Below the pieces are notes generated by a model, which was not told where the DNA came from, did not search any database, and worked only from the letters and a program-made list of their open reading frames with translations. Below, one piece after another: positions 50,545 through 64,000 of a stretch of 64,000 nt of DNA (position 1 is the stretch's first letter; every line of letters starts with the position of its first letter). The position numbers were made by a program, and so were the translations under genes. The DNA is taken from positions 30,690,001 to 30,754,000 of the forward strand of contig CAIIXF020000001.1 in the NCBI GenBank assembly GCA_903813345.2. The letters run 5' to 3'. This DNA is from Owenia fusiformis (taxonomy: Eukaryota).

Positions 50545-50951
50545 CATGAGGCCCATGTAAATACCTCTCTGTGATACAAGATCAAGATAGGGGGAGCAAG
50601 TTACCCACTCTAATATTCTGTATATAATAAAGAGATTATAAGAGTCAGGGGTGACTTACTCCCCATGGATCTACAGTACAATTATTCCATTTCCATGTTG
50701 TTTAGGCCTAGTGGGCGATAATAGGGTAAAAATTATAGCAACACTTTTCAATGCATTAATTTTGATTTCATGAGGAGATATGACAATTACAAAAGCAATA
50801 CCTATGATAATTGTAATTGCGATTTCATAACTGGGTTATCATTGATGAAATTGAAGCATACATACCAGATATATGAAGTAAAATTGAAGACCAATTTCCT
50901 AAAACAGATTCCGGCGTGGAAATTCTTGAATGACCTTGACCCTCAAGGTGA

Positions 50952-56070
<5,119 letters not shown>

Positions 56071-57689
56071 TGCATAGTTTTTCTTCAGGTGGTCTTCATA
56101 CTTATTTTAATGGTATTGTCATATGCAACAATATCATTTAACATTATAATTTATAGAATTTTTTTAATCAGTTGGTTGATACGCTTCAGCATTGGCAAGT
56201 ATGAGACATTTACACTAATCTTTGCATTGCATGGAATACAATCATGATGATAAAAATATTTGGAATATGGGATTGTGACATAGGAGAATTCTATTATACA
56301 ACTACATGTAATTTTCCAAATGCAATATTGGTTTTCAGAGGTATCATTTAATACTTTTACATGGGACAATCACAATGGTTTCCAAACATATTCAATTTTT
56401 AAGAGATTCTTTGATTTTCTGCAAGATGACAGAATGGTAACATATCTGATACATAATGAAATTAGGGTAAATCCCAGGGGTAACATGTATATCTAACTGA
56501 GAGATTGAGGTTTCTTATTTATTTTCTTAAGGATATACCCCATATCCTATCGATACGATATACAATATATGCAATTGATTTATATGTAGAAAAAGTAAAT
56601 ATTTTTGATGCATATTGCGGAATATGGTACATAGAAAAATACATATATATCCAACATTTGGAAAATGTACCACTGCACTATAATTTATATAAAGCCCCTT
56701 GCAGCTTACATTATATAAATGATAATATGGATGTCATAATAGTCATTTTGTCATCTGTTCAGGGCAATGCTTTTATGCTCCCATACTAATCATGTTGATA
56801 CTGCATATTGTCAGGTAGATCTCTTAAAGCCCATGGATAAATATACACAAATTCACAAAGTGCAATCTATTTCTATGAATTTATGGACTTTATATTTATG
56901 ACAATAACAATGCTGTACATATACTGAATTTTTGTAGATGCAAATAAATATGGTTTGGATTATATTTCTTGCTTTTGTTCTTTGATAACTTTTCCTAGAT
57001 GTTTGCACTTAGCAGGGGTACCTAACTCTAAAAAAATACTTCCACATGACATCAATATGTCAAGGTACAAATGAGATGTTTGCTGTTTTATCCATTCCAT
57101 ATTGCCTACCTTAAATGTTGCTCAGTCTGTAATGACATCTCAAAAATTGAAATGTTTTATTATTACCACATTGCGGGACACTAGTTTAGAAGGCCTATAC
57201 ATGTATTTTACTTTATTGACTTGAGCAATATGTGATGTAATATAATGGCAGGCCATATTGGATATTTCATCCCAATAATGTTCCCCGGGATATGAGATAT
57301 TGTTCAGTTTGTTTAATTTTCATTCAGTGGCAGTCAGTTCTTGCTATTTCAGCCCTGGGCATAAACGGTCAAAGATTTCACTATGTTACCCTTTGTAATG
57401 AGATTATTGGTATATGATTATAATCTATAAATTGAGGTTATAAGAAGTACATATGCACCCCTAATAACTTACGACATGCCACTTACCAGGTGAGCCATTT
57501 TTTCAAGCATTGATATTTTCAGGAAATAAGCTTTATATCAAAATCTGTTGATAGGGCAACTTGCATACTATTATCATTTATAATTTGGTGTATTTTAGAA
57601 ATTGAGCCTTTATTAAACATAGTGGTATGTGAAATAATCCCTTTAAAAGAAGCATACACTTTGTAATGGTCTCATCATGTACTTCCTAG

Positions 57690-57897
57690 CCAATCAACTT
57701 TCCAAGCTTGAATACAAGAGTACAGAAGGGACCAATCAACTTTCCAAGCTTGAATACAAGAGTACAGAAGGGACCAATCAACTTTCCAAGCTTGAATACA
57801 AGAGTACAGAAGGGACCAATCAACTTTCCAAGCTTGAATACAAGAGTACAGAAGGGACCAATCAACTTTCCAAGCTTGAATACAAGAGTACAGAAGG
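57690..57897. repeat. Perfect 42-bp minisatellite, about 5 copies
   Basis: CCAATCAACTTTCCAAGCTTGAATACAAGAGTACAGAAGGGA is repeated with no visible substitutions; the last copy is 2 bp short. Confidence 0.95.
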
Positions 57898-60220
57898 TTT
57901 GCACAGTCTTGATGGTGTAAATTGCAGGGTACAGGTAAAAACAGAGAGTTATTTAAGTATAGTCACTAGAAGACACAACTTTTTATTTCTGACCTAGCAT
58001 GTATAATATTTACACTTCAAATGTATCAAATACATTTAAAAGTTGCAATGTACAAATGTAGGAAGTGTAACACAATCTAATTCTAATGTATTTACAAATA
58101 AATATTTGAAAATTCAAACAATCTATGGTTAAAAAATCACTTATAAATAAATATTTCCAAAACCCGATGGTCAAGGATTTCATGACCAATGAGTACCATA
58201 TGCATATACATCCCCTACATGCATACCACATACTAACATCCCATTTAATATTGTAGCTTTGGGTTAACAGCATTCAAAAAGGTAAAGGGTTAAATCACCT
58301 GCTCATTGAAGATACAAGAGTAGATAGAGTTCGCAATTATTGTAAAGAATTAATCTGCAAAATGTTGAATATTCTGAAAATTGTCCGAAGTCACTCCAGA
58401 TTCACAACACATAAAAAAGGGATTACCCCAGAACATTGTGTTGTACCTTCTATAATTATTATTGAACATGTCAAAAATGTTTGTAAAAATATTTATCTTA
58501 ACAATCTTTTACAGTAATCCAATGGGAATTTTAGAGCTTCCAAAACACCGAAACATTTTCTTAACAACCCGTATTGTAGCATATAGATGTACATGTAGCT
58601 CAATTAATTTTCAAGTACATATTTTTTAGTTTCTGACCTGAAATCTTTTGACAAGTTTATATTGACCATTATGCTCCAAGAACATAGAAAACTAGTCAAT
58701 TTTTTATACCATTCACAAATGTTTCTGGTACATACATTTTGAATAAAATACACACAATAGTATTCTTGGATCCTAATCCTGAATTTGGATTTTAATCAAA
58801 AATATGACATTAACTGATTTTCACTTTCGTTTGTAAATTACCAAATCTTAATACCAACGAGACTGACTAGCATCAGACCCAGGATTCAGACATACATGTA
58901 AGTTCATGTTAATATCTAGTGTTGTGATTGCAAATTCAGTCTATTGTTTGTTTTGTTTGTAAACATCGGGCAGAATCTGATTCGAAAACATTTAAAATAC
59001 ATGATTTCTTCACAGAAGGTCCGAGACACTTCCCATAAATACAATACATGTATTAATAAATCGAAACTACAGTAATGTGCTAGCCTGAATGTAGAGACAG
59101 TAACAGTTGTAATGATGCTTTCAAAATCAATAATTAACATTCATTGGAGATTTTTTAATATTTTAGTCAGGCCACCAGTGCAACTTATGAGATTAAGACT
59201 AAAGGAATGGTATCGATATGGTGAATTTTTTGAACACATGTTTCTCTTAAACCAGTCATCAAAACATTCTGAAAATTTTACACATCATCAATTTAATGGT
59301 CATCTTTTGGTTGGTAACATTATAATCTGAAATATATATATTTCTTTATTTCATTCTCAAGAATTGGTAGAAAGAAACAAAAAACAATTACACTAAAAAC
59401 TCAAAAATGTTAACAAAAACAGTTGTATAAAATATATATAAATAATTTTTGCATTAACTTGTTGCCAATCAGTCAACATTACACAAAGGACTGTGTTTTT
59501 TTACAGAATGTTTTCAATATTTGGTTTAAGAGAAAAACATTGTTTAATATAGTTCACAATATCGATACCTATCCTTTATCACACTTTTTATTGTACCACT
59601 AATAACCCTCTGCCACTTTTACCAATATACATCCCAGCATGGATGAACGTTTGTGACATGAGACTGTAGAATATATGTGATATTATAATCAGTATTATGT
59701 TATACACTAGCCAGACATCATATACAACACAAAATTGTATTTTGCCTATGGTTTCACATTCCCATGTTTGCCACATAAATATATTTTATTGCTTTAATGA
59801 GTTTTGTAGCATAATATTCATATCTACATATCATACATTTATCTTTACCTATAAATGAAAAGGTACAAGTTCATGAGTTATTTGAATTGCACATTTGATA
59901 TGGAGTACCAGAGAATTATGACAACATTTGATCATCTATCACGATATCCACTACTGTCCTATAATCAGTATTTCACATTATATATTTTTTGACTAGATTT
60001 GAATCGGTGTCTCATTTCTGTGTTTAACATGTCCAGTGCAGTAACCTTCAGTATAATGAGAGTCAGTGCAACAAAGCATTGTGCTTAGTATGATTGATAA
60101 TTTCTTGAATTGTGTGACCTACGCACGTCCTTCTTGCAGCTTCCTTTTGAACCATCCCAAAGTCTTTATATATTAATTTCATTATGTAAATTGCATTGCA
60201 TGTAATCTGATTAAATCAGG

Positions 60221-63200
60221 TCATGATAGAAAAACAAAATCTTCAGATTCTTTCATACTTGTTTTGATTACATTCCCTTGCCTATCCACATCGATGTGGC
60301 GTACTTTAACAACTTTTTCTACCTCCTCTCCTGAAGAGTTACTCATTGAAACATCAGAGCTCATGCCATTTGAGAAAATAAACATGGGATATTGATCTTT
60401 CTGCATGGGGGGAAAGGCAACCTGGAAATAATCAAATGTCAAGTCTGTACATGTATTGTGTTAATATTTTAATGTGAAAATGATAGGATAACTGAAAGAA
60501 AATGATTTGAACATCAGGAGAAAAAGACATGTAACTTGAGTAACATTCATGTGTTATAAGAGCACTTTAACCTTGTTCAATGTTGTCTACTGACAGCCAT
60601 CCCCCTTATTCAATATTACAAATGACACCATGGAAACGCAGCATTCAGTGGACTCACATTGTGAAATAAGAAGATTAATCCAAAACGAGGCAAAAGAATG
60701 AGATTGGACCAATGGTGTTCATTACCACCATGGACCCCCATAAAAAGGATATGAGCAAAGAAATGGCAGTTTTTCATCTGTCCAAATTTTGTTGATAAAT
60801 GGAAGAATGGACAGACATAGATGAGACAGCAATTCAATAGTGAGGCAACACTAACAAAATCACATAGTCCTACCAAATATATTACAAAATATTTCATTAC
60901 CTCCTGAGTCCTTACAACAAATTCATCAAAGTCTTCTTTGTTTTTACAGTAGAATCCTATTGTACAGCTCGGGTCCATTTTCTCTATTGATAACTTGCGA
61001 GGAGACATGCAGTGGAATGTCTGAAGTAAACACAATAACTTTACAGATATTCTAATGATCATAATAATACCACATTAGAGGAGCAACCATGTAAAGTACT
61101 AGTGTAGTATACAGTTACACTTGTGCGTGAAGCTGAAATTTTGACGAAATAACTATTGTGAAATTATAAAAATAAGATTTCCAAAGTCTCTGGTTATCAG
61201 TAGAGCAACTAACACACGTCCAATGGTCTTTGATTATCAAAGTTTTCATAACACCATTGCCTAACTGTAAATTGAATCTATTATGGATTTTACATCCAGT
61301 GGTAACTTACACGAGTGTCATAGTCTCTGGATCTAGTGTCAACAACATCTTGACTGCAGTGAGGGTCTAGATACACCAGTTTATCATCTGTAACAAGATA
61401 TACAAAATCATTATTGGCTGGTGGTGAAAGATAAGGTCCCAGTCTAATTCGGACTTAGAACAAGTGAGTATAAAAATATAGCAATCACAACAAGGTGTAC
61501 AACCCAAAACTCCAACATTCACCAGAGTGTTTCATTCACTTTTGAAAATCTGCGCAGTGAAATAAAATGAGGATCTCAAGATGGCCGGTGGTCATTTCCA
61601 GACGTAATTTTTTTTATTTGGGAGGATTTCCTTGTTTGGGTTCAGTAATGAAATGCTTTGGTGTGAATGTAGGAGCGTTTGGGTTATACACAGTGACCAG
61701 GGTTCTCCCCAGGAAATTGTTAGACCCCAGATTTTCCGCAGTGTCGCAACGACTCCCCCCCCATGTGAGACCAGAGATATCCTAGTACTAGTAGTATACT
61801 ATTCAAACTACTACTTAAGATCTTCTTCCTATTTTAATCACAATATATTCTGACCTCCTATTCCTTGTTTGTATCCAGTTTTATGTATTTCTTAAAGAGT
61901 TTTACCACAAATAATGTGCCAAAAATGTAAAATAAGACTCTGGAAAAAACACTTTAGACTCCGGAGCAAGAGGGTCTAAAGAGGAGTCTAAAAGCCTAGT
62001 GAAATTACATTGATTGGCTCTGTGCTTCTGGGCAAATGCTTAAGCTACAACCTGAATCTCACCTTGCCAGCCAAGAAAATACAGAGAATGTTTTGGTTTT
62101 CCTCCAATTATTCCCAGGCATCCTGGGATTGCAAGTAGAGCTTTGATGCAGTCTATATATATCACATTTAAAGCAGCACCACCAAGTCGCACAGGAATCA
62201 ATATGATCACAGATCGCCATTTTTCAGTTTGTTGTGTTGTTTTGTTTGCAGAGTGGGAGGAGCCATCTGATGTTATGCTGGTGGAGGTTGAACTCCTCCT
62301 TCTTTGCGTACACAAGGTTACAATATCTTGTACATAAACTGGAAAACAATAGAGGCAATGGTCTATTCTTAATAATTCAGTGTTTATCAGGTTAGATCAT
62401 ATATGACAAAGATAGAGATAATCAATCAATATGGTACACATAGATAGGCAATTGACACTTAACTGGGACGTCTTATGTCTTCCAAATTATCCATGACTTA
62501 TTTTGAGAAAATTAATTCCTAGATTAACGATTAAGAAGCAGAATATACATCATTACTCTCACCTGTACAATCCTGTGCCACATAGAGACAGATGTCACCA
62601 ATAAGTGGGTTGATTATGGGGGCATTATCCATGGCCTCTCTGTAACACAAGATTTAAGATATTATATGACATTTTCTTGTCCGACCCATGCACAAAAGAT
62701 TTTCATTCGATATTCAGATTAAGATTTTTCTATCAAGTAGTCCGGGTCCTTCCAAGTCTCAAGGCTAGTGCCTTAACGCATTACACTATTATAAGGATCC
62801 ACCAGGAAAAATTATATAATATTTTAAAAGAATATCACTTACTTGAGAACATGTGCAACTGATGATGGCCCATACCAATCCCCTGCTTGTTTCCCCATAC
62901 GTAGACCATAGTGCACTAAATTGTGAATAGAAAATGGGCTATGATCACCTGGCATATCCCCAAACCATCTTATAATTTGTCTATGAAACACACGATCCAC
63001 ATCAGTACAGCCTTTCCAACAATTCCAGTCTGAAAACAGATTGTATTTCCAAAGATGAGCATTGTATGTACATATGTTTAAATGTATTCCACATTATTTC
63101 ATAATATTAAACTGGTAAGATAAGTCATGAAAAGAGTTGAACAATGATACTTGGCAAATCAATGTGACTTTGGATAAGCTTTATAATGATACATGACACA

Positions 63201-64000
63201 TACTATGAAGACACTGGCATATGTCTGCCTTTCGGGGCACCCTGTATATATGTAATATCAATGATTACTGGACCTCTAGTCTAGTCAAAGCTGCAACACA
63301 ATGGACTTTCCCAGCTATATAAGGGTTATATACTGGGAGGTTTTGGATAAAGGGTATATCCTGAGGGATATATTTATATCTCCCCGAGGGACTGAAGGGA
63401 CAGATATAAATATTTCCTGAGGGATATACCCTATACCCAAAACCGACCGTACATAACTGGTGTATCTCATACTTGAATGGGTTTTCAGGAGATGATAGAA
63501 AATCCTCAACATCAATTTGGTTTTCGAATCTTAGGTTGGTAGCTCCTTCTTTATCACTCAAATAAGGGTCATTCTCGTGTCCATTATCCATGTTTTTACA
63601 GAATTTCACTCGACTTTTCAGATTTATAAATATATTTTTACAATTATATTGAAAAATTTCCTGGAGTGGGATAGATATATTATATCTGCCTGCATTTGAC
63701 CTGGAGTGGGACATATACAATAAATTCTACCCGCTACTCAGATAGAGATATATATTCCCGGGTGATATCTACCCGAAACCCACTCAAGTATGAGATACAA
63801 TGGTCTACTCTTAAGGTGATGAAGGTCTGAACTCTGAGCTAAAAGAATGGACAACCATTTGAAAGACTGAATACACATCTTGCCATTCCTTAGTAGCTAG
63901 ACTTACCCCTTCCAAGAAAGTGCATGACAAAAGCTTGGGCTAGCATCATCTGTCCTGTTCTTAACATACACCCCCAGCCGAGATCTGTTGTAAGTGTAGA
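60221..64000 (-). CDS. ATG4D: Cysteine protease ATG4, ATG4C/ATG4D subfamily, 5'-partial; exons >64000-63907, 63029-62843, 62639-62563, 62338-62063, 61387-61311, 61020-60901, 60421-60221
   Basis: Catalytic motifs [19 protein letters not shown] and YLDPH; C/D-type [44 protein letters not shown] and [11 protein letters not shown]-terminal LIR-like EDFVFL. Probably the single pro-orthologue of vertebrate ATG4C and ATG4D. Confidence 0.93.
62738..62791 (-). repeat. Degenerate tRNA-derived SINE head
   Basis: The minus strand reads TAGTGTAATGCGTTAAGGCACTAGCCTTGAGACTTGGAAGGACCCGG, resembling a tRNA D-arm/A-box through the variable loop. There is no complete cloverleaf. Confidence 0.4.
63316..63799 (+). 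mobile_element. TATATAAGGG-family element, copy C, in an ATG4 intron
   Basis: Same 5' end, internal ACCGTACATAACTGGTGTATCTCATACTTGA, and 3' end GATATCTACCCGAAACCCACTCAAGTATGAGATACA as copy A. Confidence 0.85.

Noticed and set aside
57677..57997. Repetitive ORFs (NQLSKLEYKSTEGT)n and a CRISPR-like appearance
   Set aside because: By-product of a 42-bp tandem repeat: no unique spacers, no cas genes, eukaryotic context.
60200..60223. TGA stops of ATG4, AK3, TMEM65 and EEF1E1 as possible selenocysteine or readthrough codons
   Set aside because: Each falls at the expected family C-terminus and no SECIS-like element was recognised.

Overview
AT-rich, intron-containing eukaryotic DNA from a bilaterian invertebrate. 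The repeat landscape and frequent TACATGTA suggest a spiralian, but the species cannot be fixed from the sequence. Seven spliced protein-coding genes were reconstructed by hand from GT-AG boundaries and reading-frame continuity: the 3' part of EEF1E1/AIMP3 (+), a nine-finger C2H2 zinc-finger gene (+), an orphan of about 877 aa with one very large terminal exon (+), TMEM65 (-), PUM3/Puf-A (-, 17 coding exons), AK3 (+) and the 3' part of ATG4C/D (-). Introns and intergenic DNA are packed with non-autonomous DNA transposons carrying TA, TTAA, 5-, 8- or 9-bp target-site duplications (TSDs), plus two 5'-truncated LINEs and two minisatellites. No rRNA, true tRNA or CRISPR array was seen. The best leads are: (1) a TIR-less repeat family with an internal inverted copy of its own joined ends (DIRS-ICR/Crypton-like logic), next to its empty-site paralogue; (2) a roughly 450-nt, heavily base-paired, possibly pseudoknotted intergenic segment beside the TMEM65 promoter; (3) an in-frame EEF1E1-LINE fusion with its own poly(A) signal; (4) PUM3-AK3-ATG4C/D linkage matching the vertebrate 9p24/1p31/19p13 paralogon; (5) the orphan protein and candidate extra exons. 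None of these is proven from sequence alone.
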